Positions 26,488 through 36,781 of a DNA stretch of 64,000 nt are shown piece by piece; position 1 is the stretch's first letter; every line of letters begins with the position of its first letter. This stretch comes from Neophaeotheca triangularis (lineage: Eukaryota), in assembly GCA_054600435.1 (NCBI GenBank), contig BAAIJX010000007.1, positions 124,001-188,000 of the forward strand, in the 5' to 3' direction. The position numbers and the translations under genes are program-made. The notes under the pieces are model-generated. The model searched no databases and was not told the DNA's origin. It worked only from the letters and a program-made list of their open reading frames with translations.

Positions 26488-26509
26488 ACTGTACTGTACT
26501 GTACTGTAC
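26488..26509. repeat. (ACTGT)n microsatellite
   Basis: actgtactgtactgtactgtac read directly. Confidence 0.7.
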
Positions 26510-27594
26510 CTCCCATCCTCCCCCGAGGAACTCCTGGCTGCCTCTAAATTTCATCACACTGGGTGACACTACTAATAGCGTCGGGTACTGACTGGGGTTT
26601 CGAGGCCAACTCAACACAGATCAGAAAGAGTCTGGAACGATTTTCCGCACAAACGGCTGAAAAACAGGCAGCGCGGGAGAGCAACACTACTACTCGTGAT
26701 TCCGGATCTACACCAGCGATCCCGGTACATACAGTGGACATACATAAGTAAGGGCCGAGATGAGAAAAGGTACCTTTTTCTCGGCGGCGCTCTTGCAGGC
26801 CAAAGTTCCACTTTCTCCCGTGGTTGAAACCAGTCACCTCGTCGAATTTTTCGCTCCCAAGAAGCAAAAAGGCGAGTTAGGTGAAAACTTTCGAGTCGTA
26901 ATTTCCTGCTTGCGGGCTTCCCCCTGTTACTTCACTCGGCTCACACAACTCAGTCGTCGCCCCAAGAGTCCAGGGACCGCCCCAAAACACGTGTGTGCGG
27001 AACATTTCACGCAGGAACACGCAGTAGATTCCAACAGTGAATCGCGCCGAGTGGGCGCTTACGCGACAGTACCTAGGTACCCCGACCGATAGACGCTTCA
27101 ACGCTGCGGGTGGAATCAGGCACACTGTCGACAAGGCTGATGGCGCACGCTTGCCGTCCCATGATCCTTTTACCTCCGTGGTGTCCGTAACCCCGTCGCC
27201 CGTGTCGAAGAAGTCTTCCTGGTGGCCGTTGTTGACGACGCGTTCCTGGCCCGCCCAAGACTGGCTGCCGGTCCACTATCTCTTTCCGGCCCACTCACAC
27301 CATGGCAAAGTCACTGATGGTGTGCTGTGGCTTGGAAACCACTCCGCAGTGACTAGAGTATAAGGACCCCCTCCATGGTCACATCCCGCCCCTCCTCCGC
27401 TTCCTCTGTTGTAGGTTGATAACTCTCGTTTCTGGCAAACAGCTTCTACTCACGAGTGCTTTGGTCGCTCAGTCATTCATTTTTGAAACCCACATTCCTT
27501 TTGATCAATCTTTCGAATCGCACTACACGATTTATCCACTCTTTAACCAACGAACGACCACTGCAACTGAATTTGCCGGATCAACAAGAACATT

Positions 27595-29232
27595 ATGAAG
27601 ACTTCTCACGAACTTGCTGCCGCGGCAGCCATGTCCCTTTTCGCCTCTGCGGCCGCTCAGCAGTTTGTCATGTACACCCCTGGGGGCGACGACACTGCTG
27701 TCGAGCGTGCTGACCCTATCATCGCCCCTGGCCAGGTGTCCGGACACGTTCACCAGATCTTTGGCAGCGGTGCCTTTCAGCCGGAGCTCCACTACGACGA
27801 GCTCCTCAAGGGCGACTGCACCACTGTAGGTGATGCCAGCGGCAACGGAAACGCCGAAGACCACAGTGTCTACTGGCACCCTGCCTTGTACGCCGAGAAG
27901 AGCGACGGCAACGGCTACGTGAAGATCCCCACCAACGGCCACAAACTCTACTACAAGGACGTTGGCTCCGGTAACGACCAGAAGGCCGAGCCCTTCGAGT
28001 TCCCCCACGGCTTCCGCATGATTGCTGGTGACCCCTTCCAGCGCGCTGCTGCTGATGACGTTCAGCGCCAGAACATTACTCAATGGGTCTGCCACGACTC
28101 ATCCGGCTGGAACCAGGGTACTGACGGTGGATTCCCCAACGGTGTCGCCGACTGTGACTCCGTTAGCGGATTTAACGCCGCCATTCATTTCCCGCACTGC
28201 TGGAACGGCCAGGACTTCGACGCCTCAAACCCCAACGCTCACATGAGCTACCCTACGGGCGACGTCCAGGCCGGCGACTGCCCATCGAGCCACCCCACCC
28301 GCTTGCCTCACATCTTCATGGAGAACACGTTCAATCTTCACTCGGTCGCCGGCCAAATCAAGGCTGACTCCTACGTCCTCGCCATGGGCGACGAGACCGG
28401 ATACGGATTCCACGCCGATTTCTTCAACGGCTGGGAGGACGGCGCAATCCCTGACCTTCTCACCTCTTGCCCCGAGGAGTACTATGGCAACGCTGACGCC
28501 GGACTCTGCTCTTCTTTCAAGAAGACCTCGACGCCTTCCGGTGATTGCAAGCTTAAGACCACTTTCGATGAAAAGGTCGAGGACCCCGGCAACGCCCTTC
28601 CTGGCTGCAACCCTATCACCAACACCAACCCCGCCCCTAAGCTCGCCATTGCCGCCGTTGGTGTCATCTCCACTACCTGCGATGTTCTGAGCGGAGTCGT
28701 TGACACCGTTGGCGATGCTGTCGGCGGCCTCTTGGGCGGTGGCAACAACAACAACAACGACCAAACCACCCAAGCTACCCAGCAAGCCACCACTCTCATG
28801 ACCGCGACCGCGACCAGGAGCGCCGCCTCGGAACCCACCATGACCCTCGCGGTCAACAACAAAGCAGTCTCGTCCGACTCCGGCGACGACACCCTCTCCT
28901 GCCCCGACTCCAACGGCTCCACCTTCACCTCCAACAACCGCGACTACGAGATCGAGTGCGGCACCGACCACCCCGGCGGCGACTACAACCGCGTTTTCAA
29001 GACAACTTTCCAGTCCTGCGTCGAGGAATGCGCCCAAGCCGAGCAGTGCGTTGCCGTCTCCATGAGCGGCAGCGCCTGCTACCTCAAGTCCGAACTCCGT
29101 CGCAGCAGGTCCAACCGCGCCATCGCTGGCGCCAAGCTCGTCAGCGGCGGCAACGAGAAGAGGGAGTTTGAGCACTCGCACGCTCGCAGGCATTTGCACT
29201 CCCACGCTCACGCTCACGGGCGTCACTTTTAA
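27595..29232 (+). CDS. Secreted DUF1996-domain protein with T-rich linker, C-terminal PAN/Apple-like domain and His-rich tail
   Basis: Signal peptide. RADPIIAPGQVSGHVH, DHSVYWHPALY, FPHCWNG, CPSSHPTRLP, GYGFHADFFNGW (DUF1996). ECGTDHPGGD..CVEEC....CVAVS....CYLK (PAN/Apple). Confidence 0.9.
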   Translation: MKTSHELAAAAAMSLFASAAAQQFVMYTPGGDDTAVERADPIIAPGQVSGHVHQIFGSGAFQPELHYDELLKGDCTTVGDASGNGNAEDHSVYWHPALYAEKSDGNGYVKIPTNGHKLYYKDVGSGNDQKAEPFEFPHGFRMIAGDPFQRAAADDVQRQNITQWVCHDSSGWNQGTDGGFPNGVADCDSVSGFNAAIHFPHCWNGQDFDASNPNAHMSYPTGDVQAGDCPSSHPTRLPHIFMENTFNLHSVAGQIKADSYVLAMGDETGYGFHADFFNGWEDGAIPDLLTSCPEEYYGNADAGLCSSFKKTSTPSGDCKLKTTFDEKVEDPGNALPGCNPITNTNPAPKLAIAAVGVISTTCDVLSGVVDTVGDAVGGLLGGGNNNNNDQTTQATQQATTLMTATATRSAASEPTMTLAVNNKAVSSDSGDDTLSCPDSNGSTFTSNNRDYEIECGTDHPGGDYNRVFKTTFQSCVEECAQAEQCVAVSMSGSACYLKSELRRSRSNRAIAGAKLVSGGNEKREFEHSHARRHLHSHAHAHGRHF

Positions 29233-29831
29233 GCTTCGAAGAAGCGATTTTGAGTGATGGGGGTTTGAGAGGGGATTTTTCGGGTAAAGAATCATTCGGC
29301 TTCTTTTCAACGATATGTAGGGACAAAGTTGTAGGGATACTGTTGCTTTCATCGGAATGGGTTGCACATGTGTTATGGGTTACGATGTTTGCCCCTATCT
29401 CTCTCCATATGTAGACGAATTATGCTGCCGTTGGCATCAAGTCATTCCTTTGCACAACAGCTTACCTTGTGATCGATTTCCGTTCGGCTGTGCTTGAGGG
29501 TGTGATTGTTCTGGTGAGTCGTATCGGCATGTCTGTTGTTATGTCTAGGGGCGGTTACTGTCTGTACGCCATGGAAGTAGTTGATCGCCTGTTATGTCGA
29601 TTACACACCAACCGCTGCGCCAGCTCCGACGAACGCATCTGCGAGTCAGGTGTGTTTTGGGAATTCACATTGTTCCACACTCTCCCTCGCACCGCTGATC
29701 GACTCTCCCGCTTCGATCGGACCGGAAGTCTTCCGCCCTCTCAATATCGGTAGAGATTTGCGACATCGCTCCGGCCAAGGTGGGTTTGAGAACCATCCCA
29801 TTGTACTGTACGAACCTCGCGAATGTTTAGA

Positions 29832-30215
29832 ATGCGATGTGCACAGACGTGCGCGAGGCACATTGCTCGAGCTTGTCGAGCTCGACGGCCCGGAAAACTG
29901 CACTCATCTCGTGGGTTTCCGAAGTGCAGATGCTACGGTCGTGTGGACTATTTCTCGGTCGGAACACTCTGCTCGAAGATGACTTGTGAAATGTGGTTGG
30001 AAGAGAAGAACGGGAGCGCAGCCTCACAAGACTGCAAAAGAGAGCTGCGTGCGATGGTTGCCAATCTCCTCGAAGACGTACCGGATGTGGCTGGGGATCA
30101 GGCGGAAGGCTTCTATTTGGACTTGGAAGTGGAGACTAAAGCAATAGAGCATTATCGGGAAGAGTGCATTCGCCTGCGCGATGCGGTGGATGGCAGATCT
30201 ATTAGCGTGGAGTAA
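29832..30215 (+). CDS. Possible small Cys-rich orphan protein or pseudogene fragment
   Basis: 127-codon ORF from ATG 29832 with a Cys-rich basic N-half and an acidic helical C-half; no recognisable family. Confidence 0.25.
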   Translation: MRCAQTCARHIARACRARRPGKLHSSRGFPKCRCYGRVDYFSVGTLCSKMTCEMWLEEKNGSAASQDCKRELRAMVANLLEDVPDVAGDQAEGFYLDLEVETKAIEHYREECIRLRDAVDGRSISVE

Positions 30216-30882
30216 TGCGTCTGCTGATGGAGATGACTAGAACGCTGAATTTACCGAGTACGTGTTTGCATATGAGTTGGAGGGCAACATTGGCAGAAGG
30301 GCGGATAAATACAGCAGTCTGGTACGAACGTCTTTGCAATTCTTGTAGGATGGATGTAACATGATCTGAAAGCTAAGTAAAAGTACCGTATCTGTCTAGT
30401 CATCTACACGCGTTGATCAAAGCTACCTAGCAAATACGCATCAGAACGCTATCTAGTATAGAAGTCTTGGCACTGACTTATATGGACAGGTAGTAACAAG
30501 GAGCACCGTTCGTGTCAAGTACGACTATCATAATCACATCAGATTATCTGAGTCTTTGCCACGAGTTTTGAAGGCTATACAAGCGTGTGATAGATCCTAC
30601 GATTTATCGACGTCGAGCATAGAGACGTTCTTGGGGAACCTAAACAGAGTGCGCCGCTAGCGTCTTGGCACAGGAATCTGCTTTGCTCCCCGGAAAACCT
30701 GTTGCTCTCCGTATCAAGCCCGCGTGCCAGAGAGTACTTATCAGTCGCAAAGTCACCAGGATACTTCATTTGCCTTCACACTGATCATATCCCTCAGAGA
30801 CTGCACCTCATTGACTAGTCAAACCAGGTCACTAGGTTTCAGTCCACGTCTTTCGAGAATAACCCCTCGGCTCCCACCAACC

Positions 30883-31329
30883 ATGACCGACGCATCTCTC
30901 CAAGACATCATTCTCAACCTGGAAGAGCAAACGTGGCGAGCCGTCAAAGATTCGGGCGCAGCATTAGTTCCCTTCCTCTCTCACGACTGCACCATGATCT
31001 TCCCCCCCGGCATCAAAATAGACCCCGACTCGGACCCTACCGTCGAGGACCTTTTGCGCAGCGAGCAATTTGTCCCCTGGCTGGATTTTGAACTCAGCGA
31101 AGTCAACGTCACCCCGGCTGGTGAGGAAAGCGCCATCATCTCTTACCGCGTCGCGGCTAGTAGGCCACCGACCGAGGGCTCGGGAGGGCGGGACGCCAAG
31201 TTCGATGCTCTGTGTAGCAGTGTTTGGAGGATAGAGTCGGACGGCAAGAGAGAAAAGGGCGAGAAGGAGAAGGAGAAGGAGAAGTTCAGGTTCAGGATGT
31301 GCTTCCACCAGCAGACGCTCGTCGATTAG
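30883..31329 (+). CDS. DUF4440/SnoaL-like (NTF2-fold) protein
   Basis: ILNLEEQTWRA, FLSHDCTMIFP, SAIISYRVAA, FDALCSSVWR, CFHQQT pattern. Confidence 0.82.
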   Translation: MTDASLQDIILNLEEQTWRAVKDSGAALVPFLSHDCTMIFPPGIKIDPDSDPTVEDLLRSEQFVPWLDFELSEVNVTPAGEESAIISYRVAASRPPTEGSGGRDAKFDALCSSVWRIESDGKREKGEKEKEKEKFRFRMCFHQQTLVD

Positions 31330-31871
31330 AGATCCCTGAGCTCCTGGTGCGGTTCGATCACTCGACTTTGATGGCCCGTTTTCCCTGGTGCCATTTGCTT
31401 TCCGGATGGCGTTGAATCCGGATGGACTCGGCTTACCGAGCGAGCTACGCTGGTGGTCCTGTCTCGCAGACATCCTCTCGGCGCCTTTTATGAAACCACG
31501 AGTCCACCAGGGTGCCAACAACCAAAGCATCGAGATTCCTATCCCACTGAGTGAAACTAGAAGGCAGCTTGATGGTGCCTTCGTATGTCTCCGGCTGTTT
31601 CACATAATCCTAGCCTCGAAGCCATGATCTGAGTTTCTGACATTCTGTGCAATCCAATTTCCCCCAAACAATTGACAACATTCCCAAGGATCATACGCAT
31701 TCGTGACGTCCGGAAGGACGGGTTTGACAGAGCTGAAACCTTCCAGCGCTGCACGACTGGTGTTGCTTCGCTCAGCAAATATTGCATCATCTCGACCTAG
31801 ACGGGGACTTCCAAAGGCTGACTGGTCGACAGAAGGCGAAGCAGTGAGGAACGCTATTCTGTCAGCTAGCA

Positions 31872-32050
31872 CTGATCAAGGCGAAGATGACTAGACAAAA
31901 CTCGTACCTTGCAGATTATGTTACATCTGACAGAAGAGACAATGACTGTCATACTAGTTTGTGTTCATCCGCGTTTTCGTTGGCTTCTTAGGTCTGATCA
32001 ACGCGCGTGGATGACTAGACAAACACGGTAGCGTTCAGATAATGTAACAT
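31872..32050. repeat. Degenerate direct repeat (124-bp period) with an intervening inverted segment
   Basis: GATGACTAGACAAA identical at 31886-31899 and 32010-32023; CAGATTATGTTACAT (31912) vs CAGATAATGTAACAT (32036). Confidence 0.7.
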
Positions 32051-32950
32051 TGTAAAAAATGCCAAGACAGCTGACTATTTATCACTTATAATTCTTTCAC
32101 GTAGTTAATAAGTTCATATAAGTTCCTTAGTATACCGCTTCCGACTAGGTGTCGCAATAGTATTCTTGTCACGCAATCTGCATAGTAGATAGAGGAATGA
32201 TCATGAAACCCGCGCTAGCCTTAAGCTGTACTGTTATGTTGTACTAGCGCACCGCTAGCGCATCGGGCTAGAAATCTGCTGCGCTCCCTAAGAAAGCTGC
32301 CTCATGCGATGCCGGGTGTGAAGATGGAGACGGCGAGGGGAGGGTCTGGCCGCTGAAGTTAAGGTCGTTGGTGTTGGAAGGGAGTGGAGAGGCTTAACTC
32401 AAGAGACGTCATACTGTATTTGTATGGATACTTTAGTTAAGGTTCGGTAGCTTGTGGGCGCGGAGGGGCAACGGCAGCACGTCGCGAAGAGTAAAGTCAG
32501 TGTACAGAGCATAACAATAAGTAAGGTAGTGATATCTAGCAGTACTTATTAATGCTACCGCCAGTCGACTCTCTTGCTCGGTTTTATTGTGCTTCACACT
32601 CTTCTCGAAATGCTGGTCCAGTCTGTTCTCTCCTAATATCTCCATTCTTACCCCCAACCAACCCTCAGTACAAGTAGTATGGCCGACAACAGCACCCCGG
32701 AGACTCCCCCGTAAGTAGACAGACAGCCTAGACCTAGACCTAAACCTGCACATCCCAAACGAGCACGGTGCACAGGTTCGCTATATACCTTACTACCTAG
32801 GTATATAGTGTACACCTGGGCTCCTCCTTCTGCACACCACTCTCCATATCTACGGCAGGCCCCTCCCCTCCCCTCCCCTCCCCAAATTACTACTATTGCA
32901 GTCAGCCTTGCCTACCTAGTACCTACCTTATCGTCACTGGAGCACACCTC

Positions 32951-35900
32951 ATGTCGTTTGAGCTGGGCGAGACCCGACGCGGCTCCCCTGACACAACCGC
33001 TGACAAGCCCTCCAGCTCGCACAAGCGCTCAAAGTCCGGCATTGCCCGCTCCCTGCTGCAGCGCGTCTCCTCCAAAGGCGCTGGCGAGGCCCCGACCCTC
33101 AAATCACAGCGAGACACGATTGACCAAGATCAGGCCATGTCGAACCCCTCGAATCCTGCTGCCGAAGGCCAGGGCGCCTCGAATGCTAGTCTTGCTGCAC
33201 CACCGCCAAACTCGAGATTGTCCATGCAGTCCAACCGACCGCACCTTTCTACAACCATGACCAACACATCAGGCGGAGGCGTACCTACCATGGCCTCAAC
33301 CAGTCCTGGCTCCGCTACAGGCAACCCCATAGGTATACCGACACCATCAAGCGCGACACAAGGTGCTTCAATCGAGCAGTCTGTACGCTTGTTCAGGGTC
33401 TTCGAAGCGCTGAGGCATGGAGATACGGCTGCTATTGCGAAAGCCGCAAGATCCGAAGGGGACACCAAGTTGGAAGGCACAACCATACTACACCTGGCCA
33501 ATCAATGCGCCGAGCAAGCTGTCATCGAATTTGCACTGTCACAGCCAGGGGTCGATCTCAATGCTCGGGACAAAGAAGGCAACACACCTCTGCATGTTGC
33601 TGCGATGCTGGGCAGGGGGCCAGTGGTGAAGCTGCTGTTGGAACAAAATGATATCAACGATTCTGTTCACAACTACCAAGGAAAGACCCCACTGGATCTG
33701 GCGAGAAGCCCGGACATCTTTCAACAGCTCCAGCTGGCCAGGTCCATCTTCATTGATCGGACTGTGCGCCAGATTCAGCAGCTTGTTGCCCAGGGAAAGT
33801 ACGATGAGGTGGAACAGCTGCTTGCGACCGACAGAGTGCACGCTACAATCGACGTGAATGGGTCCGAGCTAGCTACTGACCCGGCAACTACTGAGCACGG
33901 AGGAACGCTACTGCATGAGGCTGCGAGAAAGAAGGACGTAAAGCTTGCGCAAATGCTGTTGCTCAATGGCGCAGACCCTTTTAGGCGCGATCGTAAAGGC
34001 AAACTGCCACAAGATGTGACCAAAGATGACCGCACAAAAGCCATCCTCAAGAGGTCGCCTGCTGCAGCGGCAGCGCAAAGAAGCATTCAAGAGAAGACAA
34101 TCGTGGGAGATGGAAGCCAGCAATCCGTGGCTGAAGGACCAGGTGCCAACAAGGACAGCCGTGAGATGAAGGGATACCTGCGTAAATGGACAAACTACAC
34201 TAGCGGCTACAAGCTCAGATGGTTCGTTCTAGAGGATGGTGTCCTCTCTTACTACAAGCATCAAGACGACGCAGGGTCGGCATGTCGCGGTGCCATCAAC
34301 ATGCGCATCGCAAAGCTACATATGGACCCGAAAGACAAGTTGCTGTTCGAGATTCATGGCAAATCGTCAGTGAAGTACCATCTCAAGGCAAACCATGAGG
34401 TGGAGGCCAAGCGTTGGTACTGGGCGTTGAACAATGCGATCCAATGGACCAAGGACGAGGCCAAGGAAGAGCAAAGGAGACAGCAACAAGAGTCGCTGGC
34501 GATACGCGAGGCACGTAATCAACGGGAAGAGAGACGTGAATCTGAGATTGCCCACACAAAGGACTCCTTGACACCCGGAACAGCAGTCGGGGTTCCCTTG
34601 GCTAGCGGTACATCTCAATTTGGTGGAAGCCAGCGTGGAGATATCAGCGCCTACGAGCCCAGCATTCCAGACAACGACCTAGCTCGCACTGTTAGCCGCG
34701 TGCACACCGCGACCATTGAAGGCGACCTGGACGATGAAGAAGAATACGGTGATGATGCGAGCAGCCACGAAGTGCGGCCTGCGAACAGAGATGCCTTTAG
34801 CATCACCGCCCAGTCGGCGAAGCTTCAACTTGACCTGCTCGAGCAAGTGTCGGCGGCTCTCCAGTCAGAAAGAGGGAAGAATCCGGACATGCCAATCTCG
34901 CATTCCACCGTAGAGCAGGCACTTTCGAGTTATGAAACCGCTGTTGGCAACTTGAAGGGCCTCTTGATGGATCTACTTCGTATCTCGAAAGACCACGAAG
35001 CCTACTGGCAGTACCGAATCGACCGCGAAGCTAACGTACGTCGCTTGTGGGAAGACAGCATGGCCCGTGTGGCTAAAGAACAGGAAGAGCTCGAAAACCG
35101 CATCGGCGAGTCAGAGGACAAGCGCAAGCGTACCAAGCGAGCACTTCGCGACGCCCTCGAGGGAGGCAGGAGCAGACGCGGTACCGAGAACCTGGATGAT
35201 CTGGATGAAGGCGTCCCGGCTGATGGAGATGCCGATTCTAAACCCAGGCTGGAGTTACCCGAAGAGCCCAAACCTCGTAGACGTCCTACAATGGCCGACC
35301 TCACCAATAACGAAGTCTCTGACGACGACGACGACGATGAGGAAGAGTTCTTTGACGCCGTTGATGCTGGCGAGGTGGAGATTGTTGACGCGATGCCCGA
35401 CAATACTATGAAGCAACCGGAGGATGTCGTTCAGGAAGTGAAGGAAGGAGCTGACATGGAAAAGAAGTCCGGCCGTGAGCTCGAGATTGCTAAATCTTAC
35501 AAGGGTTACGAAAATGGTCTGCGAAAGCGGTTGAAGCTGGATGCCGACAACAGGCCAAAGGTTTCACTTTGGGTAAGTCGCGTCGGGCATCCTACACGTG
35601 ATCGAGACGATACTAACGTCAGACAGGGCATCCTTAAATCCATGATTGGCAAAGACATGACCAAGATGACCCTCCCAGTCTCCTTCAACGAACCTACCTC
35701 GCTCCTCTACCGCGTTGTCGAGGATATGGAGTACACCGACCTCCTCAACACCGCGGCCGACCGCCCTGACTCGGCAGAACGCATGGTCTACGTCGCCGCC
35801 TTCGCCGCCTCGGAATATGCCAGCACCATCGGCCGTGTAGCCAAACCGTTCAACCCTCTGTTGGGCGAAACCTACGAATACGTGCGTCCGGACCAAGGCT

Positions 35901-36781
35901 ACCGTTTCTTCATCGAGCAAGTCTCGCACCACCCGCCCGTCGGCGCCGCCTTTGCTGAAAGCCCCAAATGGGACTACTATGGCGAATCTGCCGTTCAATC
36001 CAAATTCTACGGCAAGTCCTTCGAGTTCAACCCGCTCGGAACCTGGTTCCTGCACCTTCGTCCCACGGCTGGCGGGCCCGAGGAATTGTACACGTGGAAG
36101 AAGGTCACGTCCTCAGTCGTGGGCATTATCACCGGTAACCCACAGGTCGACAACTACGGGCCCATGGAAGTCAAGAACTGGACAACAGGCGAAGTCTGCT
36201 ATCTCAACTTCAAACCCAGAGGCTGGAAAGCCAGCTCCGCTTTCCAAGTCAATGGCAAAGTCGTCGGCGCCGACGGCATCACGCGCTGGAGCATCGGCGG
36301 GCGATGGAACGACAAGATCTACGCGCGCTTCACGCCGGGTCGCCAGGACGAATCTCTCGAGCTTGGCGGCGACAAGGGCGGGAATCAGGCTTTCCTCGTC
36401 TGGGAAGCGCACGCGAGACCGACGGGCATTCCCTTCAACATCACGCCGTTTGTTGTCACGCTGAACGACTTGCCTGACCAGCTGCGCCCGCACCTCGCTC
36501 CCACGGATTCCCGTCTCAGACCCGATCAGCGCGCCATGGAGGAAGGGGAGTATGATTTTGCTGCCGAGGAGAAAACCCGTGTCGAGGAGAAGCAGCGCGC
36601 GGCGCGGCGGAAGAGGGAGGCGAGGGGCGATGAGTTCATGCCTAGGTGGTTTGAGAAGACCAAGCACCCGGTTACTGGGGAGGAGTTTTGGAAGTTCAAT
36701 GGCAAGTATTGGGATGTTAGGGAGGATGTGTCGGAAGGCAGGAAGAATTGGGGTGAGGAGGGTTTGGAGGATATCTTCTAG
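32951..36781 (+). CDS. OSH1: Oxysterol-binding protein homolog (ankyrin repeats, PH, FFAT, ORD); one 54-nt intron 35573-35626
   Basis: Ankyrin GNTPLHVAA; PH KGYLRKWTNYTSGYKLRWFVL; FFAT EEFFDA; ORD signature EQVSHHPP; LPVSFNEPTSLL. Confidence 0.95.
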   Translation: MSFELGETRRGSPDTTADKPSSSHKRSKSGIARSLLQRVSSKGAGEAPTLKSQRDTIDQDQAMSNPSNPAAEGQGASNASLAAPPPNSRLSMQSNRPHLSTTMTNTSGGGVPTMASTSPGSATGNPIGIPTPSSATQGASIEQSVRLFRVFEALRHGDTAAIAKAARSEGDTKLEGTTILHLANQCAEQAVIEFALSQPGVDLNARDKEGNTPLHVAAMLGRGPVVKLLLEQNDINDSVHNYQGKTPLDLARSPDIFQQLQLARSIFIDRTVRQIQQLVAQGKYDEVEQLLATDRVHATIDVNGSELATDPATTEHGGTLLHEAARKKDVKLAQMLLLNGADPFRRDRKGKLPQDVTKDDRTKAILKRSPAAAAAQRSIQEKTIVGDGSQQSVAEGPGANKDSREMKGYLRKWTNYTSGYKLRWFVLEDGVLSYYKHQDDAGSACRGAINMRIAKLHMDPKDKLLFEIHGKSSVKYHLKANHEVEAKRWYWALNNAIQWTKDEAKEEQRRQQQESLAIREARNQREERRESEIAHTKDSLTPGTAVGVPLASGTSQFGGSQRGDISAYEPSIPDNDLARTVSRVHTATIEGDLDDEEEYGDDASSHEVRPANRDAFSITAQSAKLQLDLLEQVSAALQSERGKNPDMPISHSTVEQALSSYETAVGNLKGLLMDLLRISKDHEAYWQYRIDREANVRRLWEDSMARVAKEQEELENRIGESEDKRKRTKRALRDALEGGRSRRGTENLDDLDEGVPADGDADSKPRLELPEEPKPRRRPTMADLTNNEVSDDDDDDEEEFFDAVDAGEVEIVDAMPDNTMKQPEDVVQEVKEGADMEKKSGRELEIAKSYKGYENGLRKRLKLDADNRPKVSLWVSRVGHPTRDRDDTNVRQGILKSMIGKDMTKMTLPVSFNEPTSLLYRVVEDMEYTDLLNTAADRPDSAERMVYVAAFAASEYASTIGRVAKPFNPLLGETYEYVRPDQGYRFFIEQVSHHPPVGAAFAESPKWDYYGESAVQSKFYGKSFEFNPLGTWFLHLRPTAGGPEELYTWKKVTSSVVGIITGNPQVDNYGPMEVKNWTTGEVCYLNFKPRGWKASSAFQVNGKVVGADGITRWSIGGRWNDKIYARFTPGRQDESLELGGDKGGNQAFLVWEAHARPTGIPFNITPFVVTLNDLPDQLRPHLAPTDSRLRPDQRAMEEGEYDFAAEEKTRVEEKQRAARRKREARGDEFMPRWFEKTKHPVTGEEFWKFNGKYWDVREDVSEGRKNWGEEGLEDIF

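Noticed and set aside
28225..29367. Long antisense ORFs (also 14446-15150, 21896-22594, 24868-25698, 36113-36883, 48207-49033, 63092-63685)
   Set aside because: They shadow well-supported genes with biased codon usage and have no independent motifs.
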